Assembly (NCBI GenBank): GCA_051294905.1
Contig: CM119371.1
Span: 14,386,001 to 14,450,000, forward strand
Source of the DNA: Botryllus schlosseri
Taxonomy: Eukaryota
Direction: 5' to 3'
Length of the DNA: 64,000 bases
Shown here: piece by piece, positions 51,131-64,000 of the stretch
Position numbering within the stretch: the first letter of the stretch is position 1
Layout of the letters: the number at the start of each line of letters is the position of its first letter
Program-made: the position numbers and the translations under genes
The notes under the pieces: model-generated
Told to the model about the DNA's origin: nothing
The model's database searches: none
What the model saw: the letters and a program-made list of their open reading frames with translations, nothing else

Positions 51131-54100
51131 GTAAGTAAATATATCTATTATTTCGAGATCATACGGATAACTTATAGTGATATGATATCTGAATTCATTT
51201 AACCACCTTTCGATATCGATCCGAAGGCGATATATACGTAAGCATAGATTCGGTAATGATTTATACTCGTGTTTTATGATACAGATAACCTGTACTGTAC
51301 ACTTATTATGTGTAGTTGAATGTAGGCTACGTACGGTGATGATAAACGCGCGGTAACTATGCCCTTATGTAGGGTTGCACATTTAAAACAAAGGGATTTA
51401 ATTTTTTTTGTAAAATTATACCTTATATGTGTAAATACTTTCCCAAAAACATGTTGTATGAGCCTACGGAAAATTACCACCCGATATAGCCGAGGCATAC
51501 GATATGGGATGGTTGGAACCCTCAAAATAGTCGGTTTAACAGCGATATTACGTACATATTTTGTCAAAAGATCTACATTTACCCTATATTTCAATTGTCA
51601 ACCCATTATGACGTCATCATTGAATGTTTGTGACGTACTGGCTTTAAAAAATAGTTTTAAACATGTTTGTTTTAAATTGATTTTTGTTTTAAATGCAACC
51701 CTAGCCCCATGGGTGCTGTGCTGCATTTTACTAATGAACGCTTGACGGCGAGCGTCCAGTATCTGTTTAACGTCATTGTACCGCTGATATTGAGGCATTG
51801 TAAAAATTTGGATATCTAAATACCGCTCAATTTTATATGTATATATATATATATAATTTATATATATTCATTTCAGTGAGAATATGACACAGCAAATACC
51901 TTACCAATAAACTCTGACTCAAAGTATGTTCGTGTTGGTGTTGGCTTTGATGCACTCAAAATAAAACTGGAAAATTGGAATGTTTGTCTATCATTGAGTG
52001 TATTTGGACGGTAATATGTACGCTTAGCGTCAATTAAGATGAACCCGCTGATGAATCACATCACCTCATCATGTGAAAGCATTTCCACACAGGACGTACC
52101 GGCGGAGATGACGCGCAATCAACTGGGACGAGTAACGTGAGTAATATTCTACTGCATAAATTTTGTCATACGATGCGGGATTTCTGAAAAGCAGGCGGGT
52201 AATCAGATAGGACACAGCGACAATATTCGATTATACGCTGGTGTTGACGAGTAACGGGTTAGCAACAAAACTATCGAAACAATAACTTTCGTCGATAATT
52301 GTCTACTATTTACAATGGGCACATCACGTTGATACTCAAAACCTCGACTCTCATGACTCGACTCGAATTATCTAATTTCATGTGGAGGGAGATTCCGCTG
52401 CGCCACTGGAATGGACTAGCAAATGAATATGTGAAAAGTATTCAATTCAGTTTCCAACGGAGGTTCTCTTAATTAGCAAGAGCCATTAGAACGTTACGTA
52501 ACTATCTGACCATACCCTGCCAACCATCCACGGGGTAATTATTCTTACAGCTAGTTATCACACGTCGGGATGCAGACTATAAAGTGCAATATCGACCAGG
52601 CGATATTCTTATTGCTGGCATGGTGCCGGTACAAAAGTATAGCGAAAGCGAGAACTGCATCATCATTCGAGAGAGCGGGATACAAGCTGTTGAAACGATG
52701 AATATGATCATCGATCAGGTATGAGTTTCAATCTCACTGCAAACTCAATCTGAGTAATTCGACTGTTTCAAAATTAAAGACACCACGAGATATGAGGTAG
52801 TTGTGGTGCTTTAGTCTAGGGGTGTGTGACCTGTTGGTGCAGGGAATATAAGGCACCGTGATTTCGGCTCATAAATAGTCTTTACCGTGTGGAATGAACA
52901 TGGCTGAAGATACATTTATATACCCTGAACTTTCGAAGTCGTCGTCTCCATCAGCCCTACCGGGGAATTTGATCACGTGAGCTGAAAGAGGATAGCAAAT
53001 TAACAGTAATGAATCCAAATCAAAATATCACCAATAGAATTGCTTCAAATAATGTTCAAGCGTCGCGCGACTAGAAAACATGCACATAGTAAGTCGATAG
53101 AAATAATTAGATAGACAAGTCTGGCACCTGATGTTGTGCGTGAATCGTGTAATACCGGAAATGTGTGTAGGTTTGTGAATCGTGTGAAAAGAGTACATTA
53201 ATCAAATTACACGAATAAGGTGGACATTGGGCGATACCAACAGAAGTAGGATTGAATAACCTACGGTAGCCCAAGACTGACGTATTTGTTGGGATGTGAA
53301 AAACTGGTGTTTGGGTCTTAACCGGGACGCTAACAAATTGAATTATTCGGTTTGATGACCGGAAGAGCTAGGAAATCATATGTGAAAAATTATGTGTTGG
53401 TAAGCCTTGTCGGTTCAGATCATGTACTAATCGCAAAGATTCATCGAGAATTTTTTCTGTCCGTTTCTTGCGAACTTGTAGGATTTACATAACCTTGCAA
53501 GTGAACCAGGGAGAACCTACCAAATCGGGTAAATCTAGTATTCTATCAATTATTCAAAAGTATAATAATTCAATCAATGGTCGCAAGGACGTAAATGACC
53601 AACTCAACATACTAAAAATCTCAGAAATAATGACAAATGTCAGCAATGGTTCCATTATGAATCTAAACTACATGGTGTTGTCTAAGACCAGTTTAAATCC
53701 TATTTGCGACTATCGGATAATAAACACTACTGACACTAATGTGAAGAAGATCAGGCCTGTGTTCGGCAAATCTCATGACCATGGAGACAAATATGTATGG
53801 CGGTTTGGTTGACGTCTCTGCACAGAGAGACCGCCTGATATTAGGCTGATCTATCTTATAGGTTCGACCGATCACAATGAAATGTAGCCTATGCACCTAG
53901 ATAATGTCCATAAATGAACTGCCTGGACCAGAATGGTAGTAAAATTCTATAAGCAGAAGAAGACTTCAGAATCATTCGAAAATACGATACGTTCTTCCAA
54001 TATAAGTAGATACGATAATGATCGCATGTCCTCGCGTGTCAGGTTAATTCTGATGATAAGATCCTGCCTGTAATCAAGCTGGGAAGCATTATAATCGGTA

Positions 54101-57100
54101 CTTGTAACTCGGATACTGAATCTGTAAGACGGGTAAGAATGAATATTTTTGCAACTGGGTTTCTATCATTGGTATATATCAAGTGTGGCCAACTTCCACC
54201 TAATTGCGATCGACTGAAAACTTTTTCATGTAGCCGGCTTACTTTTATATTGCGTGTTAATTAGTTTATGTCTCCATTTAATACAGCCCATGAGTGGAAA
54301 TTTACTAAATATGAATAATTTACTAAAGTGAATATTAAGAGCTCGAAAAGAATTAGTTAGCCATTTCCGTCTTTTGCCGCTTGACGAATCAGGGGGAGGT
54401 GATTAAGTCATTATGTATTGACTAGTCTTCCATAATCAGGCAGTGTGCCAAGTCTCTTCAAGTTAATGACCACACTATTCGACTAAACTGAAACGTAGCA
54501 ACCTGTTGGCTACACCTGATATATCGGCTGCATACCCTATTGGATTATGATATATGATATATGCAGGGTTGCCATACCGTCCTTATTTCTAATATTTGTC
54601 CTTATTTTGAAAGGTCATGACTTAAAAAACTCAACTGTCCTTATTTTTAAGAAATGTCCTTATTTTCGACTTGCGTCCTTCTTTTGTCTTATTTTCAACA
54701 ACTACAGAACTTCGATCGTTTTCCTCCGGAATCTGTGTTGCATAATATTCTAAAATTTGGCTTTTGAGTTGTGGTTTTATGACATAAATGAAAATAGCTG
54801 CCGTTATGTACATACCACATGATTTGACTTCTAAGTGGTGAGATAGCTAGGGCGGCAGTGAGTGGTGGCAGTTTCGGCTGTACCAAGTCATCGCAGCTGA
54901 CCTCATTTTAGCAGTAAACAGCAGTACAAAGTTTCTTCTGTTTAGTCTGCGGGGAAGGCAGTATTTATTGTGTAGTGAAAAAGGTAGCAGTGTAGTCGAT
55001 ACTTGGGTTAAAAAGTAGTCAAGCTATAAATGATTGATAAATTTATCTCAATTATATTGCGCATATAGTTTTAACTATTAATAAGGCTAAATCTGATTAG
55101 TTAAAATGAGCAAGCGTAAAAACGTTATTCGTAACGATTACGAGAGAGAATTCAAAAGTATCAAACGAAGCTTGGAGAGCAAGTGTTTTTCACATTGCAA
55201 TATCTGTAATTGTGACATTAACCTGGGGGGCCATAGCGAAGACCGCTATTTCAACTCACACAGAGTATGCACAAAAACGCTTTTTAATGCTAATCTAATT
55301 TTTCGACTGTCCTTATTTTTTGGTCCATGTCGATGGCAACCCTGGATATATGCATGAACTTGTCAGTACATGTGTGCATTGTGCAATGTGCACGAACTGA
55401 CTGGCATAAGACTGGCATAATGATTAAACTGAATCAGACGTACGAAGGCATTAGCATGAGCGCTGGTACGTATGGTTGCTTTCGTGCCGTTACAGTTAAT
55501 TTCCAATATCATGCCGCACCTGTCAGACGAAGATGCTCGGTGTTCTAATCTACAAACCGACGCGCCGTCGCGCCCACTGGTGGCAGTAAAGGGTTAATTC
55601 TTATAGTGGTATTCGTGCCCTACATCCATGGTATGAATGGTGGCAATTACATATCCCCCCCCCCCCCTTGCACACATAGTCGAAATAAACGGTCTTTTTA
55701 TAGCTCTACCCATACTCATGTTCCATAGATGTCATCATGCTCTGCAGTATTTTCAGCATAATTGCAGATATATCACTACCAGGGCTCAGATTAGCCTACA
55801 CATCGGCCATCTCATTGCCCATTTTTTCAATTTCATGATAGAAAATGGTGTCTACCCGAATTATCTGAAAACTGCCAGAGTTGTCCCGGTTTACAAAGCC
55901 GGAGATAGAACTAATGTCACCAACTACCGACCTATATCTGTCCCACCGTGTATTGGAATTGTGTTCGAAAAATTGCTCCTCTTCCGTCTATCTTCGTTCC
56001 TCGCAAAGATGTCCATCATTTCTCCACAAAAATTCGGCTTCCGCAAAAAACATCAAACCTCGCATGCCCTGCTAACAGTGGCTGAACGAACAGTACTATG
56101 ACATCTTGGAGAAACGAAGTGTGGGATGTAGCATTTTTCTTGATCTAAAAAAAGCGTTTGACTGCGTCGATCACAGTATTCTCCTTTCGAAATTAGCGCG
56201 CTACGAGTTCCGGGGTTCACAACTAGAGCTCATGAAAAGCTACCTGACTGGGAGATATCAAATGGTTTCGATATCCAACACTTTGTCCTCCCCTCACCTT
56301 GTTACCTGTGGTGTTCCGCAAGGCTCTGTTCTAGGACCTGTCCTTTTTACTTTATATGTCAATGATATCTTTGAAACCTCATCATTGAATACCACACTCT
56401 TCGCTGACGATACTCACCTCCTATCTCACGTAGCCTACCTACTACCGCAAGCTTGAATGCCGTCACCCGTGATCAAATGCCCAAAGTGCATGAGTGGACG
56501 TCCCATAATAGCCTTCGGGTTAACGCTGCGAAATCCCAATTATTGGTCGTGATAACCGTTGACATCGCTGCTGCGAAATCCCAATTATTGGTCGTGATAA
56601 CCGTTGACATCGCTGGCCAACCAATTTCCAACACTAAAAATGCCAAATACCTTGGTGTTTTACTGGATTCGGACATGTCCTGGAAGAGTCACATACAATC
56701 ACTCAAACGATAACTATCGAAGGTATGTGGTCTATTTCGCCGCCTTAGCTACACTCTGCCAGTCAGCGTGCTGTTGATACTCTTCAACACTCTATTCCTA
56801 TCAAAGTTACAATACGGAATTTTTTGTTGGGGTGCTGCCTGCAAGAATACAATTGACCCACTGCAAAAACTTCAACATCAGATCATCCGTATCATTGCCA
56901 AAGCCCCACGGGGGCCTGGATGTGCAACTGATAAATCGCTTCTCAAAAGATTTGGTGTTCTAAACTTAGAAGATATGAGGAAGCTAGAAATTGCCAAGTT
57001 TGTGTATCAGTTCCATTGCGGTCAATGTCCCTCAAATTTCAACGACTATACTTCACCTCGGAGACAAAAGCGCACAAGTACAGCACACGCGCGTCAACGA

Positions 57101-58774
57101 AGAACAACTACCATATGATCAGGACTGAATACAAGAAAACGCATTGCTCTATCAAATATGCCGGACCCCAATTGTGGAACAGCATATCGCCGGCTATCCG
57201 ACAGTCGTCGAGCATGTCCGCATTCAAGTCGAAATACGAGCAATTTCTTCTAAATCAATTCTAGCCAGTCTCCAGGAGTACCGGACCACGACCTAACATC
57301 AACCTCGCCCTCCGCCACATGCCACCTCATTTTGTCGCTTGCGTCTTATATTCTTTGCATTACTTTTCATTCAGTGTGCATGCCTCTTATTTACTTCGCC
57401 CAGACTAAGGTGGGTGTCTGATATTATTGGCTACTCCAAGTTGTTTCGACACCTTCATATCTTTTCATTGTATCGCAGTCTTGTGATGTTTGAAACGATG
57501 AAAATATTAATAAACCTGATTGAGAGGATAAGGTAATTTAATATTTTAAAATCCTAATCATCTGTGCGATGCAGGATTGCAATCTGAAATCTGAATCCAA
57601 ATACAAATCCAGAAATAATTTCGTGTCAACTCCAAATAGGAATATGGCTGAAGCTCACTGTGAAATGAAATGTAGTCAATTGACTTGTCTCAATTTTAAA
57701 GTTGCCTTGCTGGCTCAGTGCTCGTGGTCCGCACATTGATTGGGTTGGAAATTTACGCCTGGGTGCACCTCCTGCGGCTACTCTAAACATTTACCCAAAA
57801 CCGGGCCCGGACTGGAACCGGTTTTCGCAACCAGATTATAAGAAATTAAAGAACAATGATTTCAGGAGTCAGCGGTGGTGCGTCAAGCTCCGTGTCTATT
57901 CAGGTGGCGAATATTCTACAGGCGTATTCAGTTCCACAGGTAGGCTAAGCAACACCCGATAATATGGTGATACCAATACTCGAAATGATTTTAAAATTCC
58001 AATTCCGGGCTTTTGACATTCCAACTGTCTGGATGAAGCTTGTTTATTTACTTAAAATGGAAGACAACATAGTCACTAACAAAATATTGCTGGCTAAAGC
58101 AACTATAGCTACCCTGCATACATACATGCAGTTACGATTTCCAGTGATTCTAGCTGTGCGTATTATGCCCTATTATAGGTATTGGTTTTGTTTTCCAAAT
58201 GAGTTAACGTATAGCTCGTGGAAACATAATTGCGAGTGGTCATGCGTTACATGGTGTGATATAAGATCTGATACTCTCTCGTAGGAAATGTACTCCAAGT
58301 GAAAAAAGCTTTTCGCATTTCCCATGAGCTACACAGACCTCGCTAAATATCGCCAACATAGCAGATTTACGTCAGGCATGTTGTACAGGATGGATTTCTG
58401 GTGAGCGATACAAATTCACTTTGTCAATAGTTTTGACCCAACACTGCAATGTTCCTGTGGGATTTGGTTCTTTCTCCACTTCACAGGGAGGATAACGACA
58501 ACATATACTAATCTTCATATTGTACATATTGTAGATGCATATTCTATGATTGGTCACTACGGACGAAACTGTCTTGGAATTGATTGCAGTTAATCTAGTC
58601 ACGTCTATTATTCGCTTACGGCCAATAATGCTTAACAATACTCGCAAATCATACCTGTAAAACAAAGACATGAGTCATTGATTTCAGAATAGTTATTGGT
58701 CAAGTAGTTCAGAACTCAGCAACAAAGACCGGTTCAAGTCTTTCTTCAGAGTTGTGCCCCCGGATGGCAAGCAG
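51088..58774 (+). CDS. Class C GPCR (metabotropic glutamate receptor-like), 5' exons encoding signal peptide and N-terminal Venus flytrap domain; continues beyond the window
   Basis: Ordered exons encode PGDILIAGMVPV..C..IRESGIQAVETMNMIIDQ | VNSDDKILPVIKLGSIIIGTC | GVSGGASSSVSIQVANILQAYSVPQ | NSYWSSSSELSNKDRFKSFFRVVPPDGKQ. These match the mGluR/CaSR VFT blocks GDI..GGLFPV, GIQ..EAM..ID.IN...LP...LG..I.DTC, GVIG..SSSVS..VANLL..F.IPQISY.STS..LSDK..Y..F.RVVP.D..Q. Confidence 0.85.
52551..52718 (+). CDS. Class C GPCR VFT exon (start 52551 or 52555)
   Basis: ttcttacag|ctag|...ITRRDADYKVQYRPGDILIAGMVPVQKYSESENCIIIRESGIQAVETMNMIIDQ|gtatga. Confidence 0.87.
54043..54132 (+). CDS. Class C GPCR VFT exon
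   Basis: tgtcag|VNSDDKILPVIKLGSIIIGTCNSDTESVRR|gtaaga; 90 nt, phase 0-0. Confidence 0.87.
54564..55344 (+). mobile_element. hAT (Blackjack-like) deletion derivative in a class C GPCR intron
   Basis: TIR CAGGGTTGCCAT / ATGGCAACCCTG; TSD GATATATG; GTCCTTATT repeats; transposase N-terminus MSKRK...FSHCNICNCDINL at 55106. Confidence 0.88.
55411..55465 (+). CDS. Class C GPCR candidate linker exon (tentative)
   Basis: aag|TGIMIKLNQTYEGISMSA G|gtacgt supplies the phase 0 to 1 bridge needed between the flanking exons. The acceptor is weak, with an alternative start at 55438. Confidence 0.4.
55790..57522 (+). mobile_element. 5'-truncated L2/CR1-group LINE (reverse transcriptase pseudogene)
   Basis: KTARVVPVYKAG...NYRPIS, FLDLKKAFDCVDH.ILL.KL, GVPQGSVLGP.LF.LYVND, FADDT, KYLGV.LD..MSWK.HI, GPQLWN; several frameshifts, a 45-bp tandem duplication at ~56525-56614 and AATAAA at ~57509. 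Confidence 0.93.
57866..57939 (+). CDS. Class C GPCR VFT exon (ligand-binding Ser loop)
   Basis: tttcag|GA GTC ... (G)VSGGASSSVSIQVANILQAYSVPQ|gtaggc; 74 nt. Confidence 0.87.
58688..58774 (+). CDS. Class C GPCR VFT exon
   Basis: tttcag|NSYWSSSSELSNKDRFKSFFRVVPPDGKQ|gtgaaa; 87 nt, phase 0-0. Confidence 0.9.
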
Positions 58775-58999
58775 GTGAAAGTTGGATGCTATATTGAGAT
58801 CGCAATTATGTAAACTAAGTGTGCATTGTTTGGGGGGGTGGGTATTACCCCCCGTGAACATAGAGCAATGTTGTGACAGTAATTCGTGCGAAGCGCGAAG
58901 AACACTTTCAAAGTTGAACAACTCTATCAGGATACACCCAATTTCATGTTGATTTAATGTCGTCTGTATATACCATTGTTCTACTATTACCGTCTAGAC

Positions 59000-60122
59000 C
59001 AGAGGTCTCAAACTTAAATGTGCTCGCGGGCCAATTTCCTAGTTTTTGATGACGCTGCGGGCCGCAGCATCAATCAATAGGTATATTCAATGTATAATTT
59101 CCAAGTAGGCCTTATTTGCAGATAGGCATATCACAAAAATCGTGGAAATGTAATTTACTATTGTAATATTCACGCCTAACACGGAAAAAAATCCCAATTT
59201 CATATATTTGAATAAAACTGTTTTTGTGCCGGGCATAATTTCTTTAATTAATGAGCTATAGACATCATACGAGAGGATGCATCATGACCAGGGCTTTGGA
59301 GCAGCCGTAAATTTACATTGCTCCTGCTCCGGCTCCGGAGCTTTCTTCTATCATACATTACCTCCGGCTCCAGCTCCGGAGCCGCATTATTACCACTGCT
59401 CCGGCTCCAGCTCCGGCTCCGGCTCTGAAAACTATCGAAGGTGTCTGTCTATATGATGGGTGGATAACCCGCGAGAAGGTTTTGAGTAACCCGCGAGCTA
59501 ATTTCCCATTATATTATCGAAATTCTGTTCATCGAAATTGAATTGCTCAGATTGTGAACTTGCAAGGCCAACCAAAAATATGATTAGTCTAGCCGCGACT
59601 CTCGGGATGTTGATGACTGAAATATCAGTTCCGACGTATTGGCAGATCCAGGGTCCAGTCACATTTTTAGTAAATCGTCGTACATTACAATAAACTAGAA
59701 AAGTAGTAAACTTTATCTTCACGCTTCGCGTGTTTAATTGTCACACAATTTCTTGCTTTGTAGCCTAGCCACACCTGAAAATGAAAAAACGCCTGATTTA
59801 TACGATTGAGTCTAACTATATTCGCAATTACAAGAGATAGTTTTTTCGCGTTCGCGCTCGCAGAAAGATCGTCGACGATGAAATGTAGGCACAAAATGAT
59901 TGTCGTATATTAGCGGAAATCTTCGATATCGATATGCCCAGATGCCGAATAGTCCGGCCCTTGCAAACTGAGCCCAGCGGGCGGTATACAGTGGAGCAGC
60001 AATATACCCAAGTAATAATAATATTAACTTTGAAAATTTTACGCGCCTGGCGCGGCTAGTGGGCAGCGCACTCGTTCGTCAATTTCATGTGGCCCTTCCG
60101 CCAAAAAGGTTGGCAACCCCTG
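59000..60122. mobile_element. Composite hAT MITE remnants (Charlie-type ends; GGCTCC-repeat hAT fragment at ~59289-59425)
   Basis: Left end matches the 23840 family; right end ...GGTTGGCAACCCCTG; flanks GTCTAGAC / GTCTAAAT. Confidence 0.55.
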
Positions 60123-60326
60123 GTCTAAATATATTACTAATTTACCCGTAGATTAGTTATCAATTGTAGATTCTAGTTTCTGTCAGCCGTCAGTAACATC
60201 CGATGCAGCAACGAAGACATAGGTGCCGCCTTGCCGGCTTGTGACGTCATATTGAAAACTTGTCAAATGTCGATAACATCATAGTTGCACAAGAACGCGC
60301 TTTACTCGGTGGCATTGCTGTGTACA

Positions 60327-62200
60327 CACTCTTAGCGAAAAGAGTGGTTATACACACCCCAAAAGGTGGTACACGAAAACAGAACTTACGTAACCCTGCC
60401 GGTGTGAATGACCAGAATCCACCCCATTCCTTGCGGTGTATATCGGATATCTCACCCTAGCCATTAGAATTGATTGGGGCGGAATTTCAATATATACACC
60501 CCACTTGAAATCCTGCATCTTCTTCCAAATGGCACGCTATTGCAAATAAACTTTCTTGATTGCATATATTCGATATCAATTGAACCATAATAACATAAAA
60601 TGGAAACATATTTCGTGAAATAACAAAAACAGAGATCCCAGCGACGGAGAAAAAAATTCAGTGAAAATACTGCTCGAAGAACATTGCCCATGTAGGTTTC
60701 CGAAAAACACTCTTGTACGGTGAAGGCTGAGTCACTATCTTCAGCAAGAACTTGTGGCATCATCCTGAAATCAAAATGCATATTCACAACCCAAATAACA
60801 GGCACATATGCTAACATGCATAAGTTAATGAAAGACCACAAAAATAGAAGCCATTACAAAGTATATATATTTTCACAAAGTACTTACAAAAAATCAGATG
60901 TTACACTTGCTAAGGAATTGCAGCACAGACTGTGGTCCGATAGGGTGAACTTACCGTTATAGGAAACATGTTCACACACGATCACTGTATGTGTGGGCAA
61001 TTAGGCATCGACAAGATGTTAATTGATGGATAGTTTTCATGCAAACCGCATGTAACAGGCAGACTTGGACAACTAGAAAACGTTCCCTTTTTCCAAATTG
61101 GATTGGAATTATATTACAACTACAAGTTTTTTTTCGAATTAGAGTAGAATTAAAATTTGAGCTACACAGTTGGAAATTAGATTAAAATTATCATTCTACC
61201 TAACAGTTTTTTTCAAATTAGATTAGAATTAGAATTACTGAAATCGCCAGAAGTTGAATCCAACTCCGTTATCATCAAATCATAGTTCATCTTATGAGCA
61301 TGAGAATAGCAAATTTCTACTGTACAGTAGGGGTGTTCAAAAATGACTTTTTCTTTCAAATCGTACTGGCTACTTGATAAAATTGCTAGGTTACCTAATT
61401 GAAGCCTGCACACCAAATTTGGTTTGATTCCAACCAGTAGCCGCATTGCTACAGGAGAAGAAAGTTTTTTATTTATTATATGAAAATGAACGAAAAAAGA
61501 TTTAAAATTTTCTGTTCACCCCATTAAATTGTTAGGTTGTCTATAGCAACAATGCTCAACCGATTTGGCTCAATTCCAACCAGTGGAAGCGGAGTTATTG
61601 CTGTCACAAAATTTTGGATTTGAATAAAATAGTATTTACGGTGAACGATTCTTTAATCATTTATGACTGTTGTGCCCACCGTAAATACTATTTTATTCTA
61701 ATCCAAATTTTTCGAAATCAATAACTCCGCTTCGGCTGGTTTGATTTGAGGCAAATTTGGTGGGCATCGTTTCTATAGACAACCTTACAATTTCATGGGT
61801 GAACAGAAAATTTTGAATTTTTTTACTAATTTTTAAATAATAAATAAAATACCTTTCTTCTCCTGTAGCAATGCGGCTACTGGTTGGAATTGAACCAAAT
61901 TTGGTGTTTAGGCTTCAATTCCGTAATCCAACAATTTTACCAAGTAGCCAGAAGAATTTGAGAATAAAGATTCATTTTTAACACCCCTACTGTACAGCAA
62001 GCTTGGCTTGTTTCGCACTATACAGTTCTCCTGTAGCATTTCCAGGAAAACCAGACATTAGATTAGACTTAAAATTAGACCATAGAAAGATTTCATACAT
62101 TCGATTAGAATTGGAATTAGAGCATAGAAACATTTCAAAAATTAGAATAGCTTCAATTAGGATAATTAGACAACTAGAATATCTAGCAACATCGCCTAAA
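60327..62200. mobile_element. Possible second EnSpm-like element (left end plus satellite-related repeats); extent unresolved
   Basis: CACTCTTAG at 60327; aaattagagtagaatta-type units at 61070-61240 and 62050-62190 resemble the 36960-38560 array, including taattagacaactaga. Confidence 0.4.
61328..61989. mobile_element. Near-perfect palindromic (foldback) hAT-type MITE
   Basis: TAGGGGTGTT / AACACCCCTA; TSD CTGTACAG; arms pair along the whole length, centre ~61660. Confidence 0.92.
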
Positions 62201-62543
62201 TCAGAAATAACTGAATATATTTTTGAAGATTCTTGCTGTTAGCAGTGTCATGTGCCATTACTAATTTTATATTAGTCGCAAAGATTCATATCGCAATTTT
62301 CAAGGTAGAATCCTCTGAAAATCTGCGTACCATACTTAACTATTTTTCCAACATTTCGTATTCTACTTCCACTTGGCGTAGCTTTGACTTGTATTGGGAA
62401 CTGTTGCATCTACTTGTAATCGAGTATAAATTGAAGTTGGTATTTCTACATCGACTTGAGTAGCAACGCTGGTAACTTTGACCATCTCTGCTTTGGTTTA
62501 CCTCATAGATGCGACTAGGAAAGTTGACATCAGGTGTCATTAC

Positions 62544-63442
62544 TAGGGCAATTTTTTTTGACATGTCAAAAAAAGTCAAAATTATGTCAAAATTGTAGCG
62601 TTAGGTCAAAATTTGTCAAAATTGTTTACAAAATTTGTCAAAATTGTTTACAAAGTCAAACATTTTTTGACCTCTGCATTTCGTTTGTATCGTAGATTTT
62701 GCGCTGTCGGTGAACTTATCATTTGATATTTTACAGGTTGTAGCCTACTTTATAGGCCTACCGTTGTAAACGGACAATCGCCTGCTCATTGTGAATCATA
62801 AAGGGTCAAATGAAACAAATATGGACATGGTTTTATGGTCAACGTACCACAATATCCTAGCTGAAGCAAGAATGCTTGGACATTGCATGGTTCTTATATC
62901 AAGAAGCGCAAGCTTACAAATTGTGATATAGACAACATTGTCAGAATGAAGCAACACGGTTTGTCACCAGCAGTGTGCACACAACTTGAGTGTTGTCAGC
63001 CAACAAATGCTGCTGTTGAACGTTCTTTCTCCGTTCTTGGCAAGCTACGTAGTAAGGACAGACACTTTCTACCCGAGAATGTAGGAAAGGATCTTTCGTT
63101 GTACTACAACAAATTTTAATTATTTCCACCAGAATACGTAATGTAACTACTGGAATTCTTCATAGGGCCAGATTTCGTTAAAATACTAGTTTTTCATGTA
63201 AAAATCTGTCAGTTTTTGAGCCAAAAACGTTTTTTCAGGCCAATCTACTTTGTAAGGACAGACAGTTCCAACCAGAAATAAAGATAAGTAGCACAATTTT
63301 AACATTATATGCGAAAACACCTAATTTGCATACGTGAGGTCAAAATTTGGTCAAATTTCAGTTTTTTTAAGTCAAAAAAGGTCAAAATTTAGATTTTTTA
63401 GGTCAAAATCTTCCATGTTTTAGGTCAAAAAAAATTGCCCTA
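62544..63442 (+). mobile_element. hAT deletion derivative with transposase C-terminal dimerisation motif
   Basis: TIR TAGGGCAATTTTTTTTGAC; TSD GTCATTAC; QPTNAAVERSFSVLGKLRSKDRHFLPENV...YYN at 62883-63119; GTCAAAA repeats. Confidence 0.9.
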
Positions 63443-63745
63443 GTCATTACCAAAGTTGTCATACCTGCTGGCTTGATAACGAGTCTTTCAGTTGTCGCAG
63501 CATACTCCTAAACTCGGTTAGTTCCAGTGATATAATCTTGCTCTTGGAGCATGCAGTCTTTAAGCAGCATCCTAAAATTTAAAAAATAATCAGAGAAAGA
63601 GATGCATGGACTTGATTTAAATTTGACTACTTGGTATTAATCCAAAACACGAAACGTTTTCTAGTTGGGCAATATTGACTTTCAGAATGGATTCAAAGCG
63701 ACCGCAGATACAGGTCTGATTAGGAAACCTTGACTTGCCTTAGCC

Positions 63746-64000
63746 CAGTGGTTCCCAACCTTTTTCGACCCATCGCCCCCTTTTCAAGGTCAACACAGAT
63801 CATCGCCCCCAAAATTTTGTGTACCGAAAATTGGGCATACAAACTGTAATCACCGGCGGGTTGACTAAAAAAAAGGTCAAATTTTCGGCTCGATGTCTAA
63901 TTTGACACACTTTTGTAACTAAATTTCCGTGGGTTGACTAAAAAAAAAAGGTCAGCCGTTTTGACGCGTCATCGCCCCCCTATCGCCCCTTCCTATTTTC
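63746..64000. mobile_element. hAT-Charlie MITE left part (cut by window end)
   Basis: CAGTGGTTCCCAACC followed by ATCGCCCCC repeats. Confidence 0.75.

Noticed and set aside
53468..53812. 114-aa ORF inside the class C GPCR intron
   Set aside because: No recognisable domain and it does not fit the VFT alignment; the flanking exons join without it.
55545..55597. piggyBac-like end (...AAAGGG TTAA)
   Set aside because: No matching left end or transposase was found, so there is too little to call an element.
57702..57865. Extension of the class C exon from the AG at 57701
   Set aside because: That frame differs from the conserved GVSGG frame, which has an in-frame TAA just upstream. The acceptor at 57865 fits better.

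Overview
This is eukaryotic genomic DNA: spliceosomal introns, with roughly half the window made of transposon relics. An ascidian or other invertebrate chordate is likely, inferred from gene content. Most short ORFs in the supplied track are spurious, and two multi-exon GPCR genes can be rebuilt by hand from splice sites and reading phase. (1) On the minus strand (~33.2 kb to 4.8 kb) is a rhodopsin-class receptor with an acidic Tyr-rich N-terminus and about 6-7 LDL-receptor class A modules joined directly to an RXFP/GRL101-like 7TM domain, with no LRRs. It has one GC-AG intron, and its last exon is split at TM6 by a 2.3-kb hAT transposon with an 8-bp TSD. (2) On the plus strand from ~51.1 kb, running off the window, is a class C (mGluR-like) receptor whose Venus-flytrap domain is encoded by small exons the ORF track misses. 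It lacks the glutamate-selecting Arg. Introns and intergenic DNA hold many hAT-type MITEs with exact TSDs, a 2.45-kb foldback element built from two inverted hATm transposase 3' ends, and a three-level nest (hAT MITE > Penelope with a variant hammerhead ribozyme > CGGBP1-like hAT). They also hold EnSpm/CACTA-like elements carrying an ~80-bp satellite, a TIR element with a telomere-like core, tRNA-derived SINEs and truncated LINEs. No CRISPR array, rRNA or bona fide tRNA gene was found.
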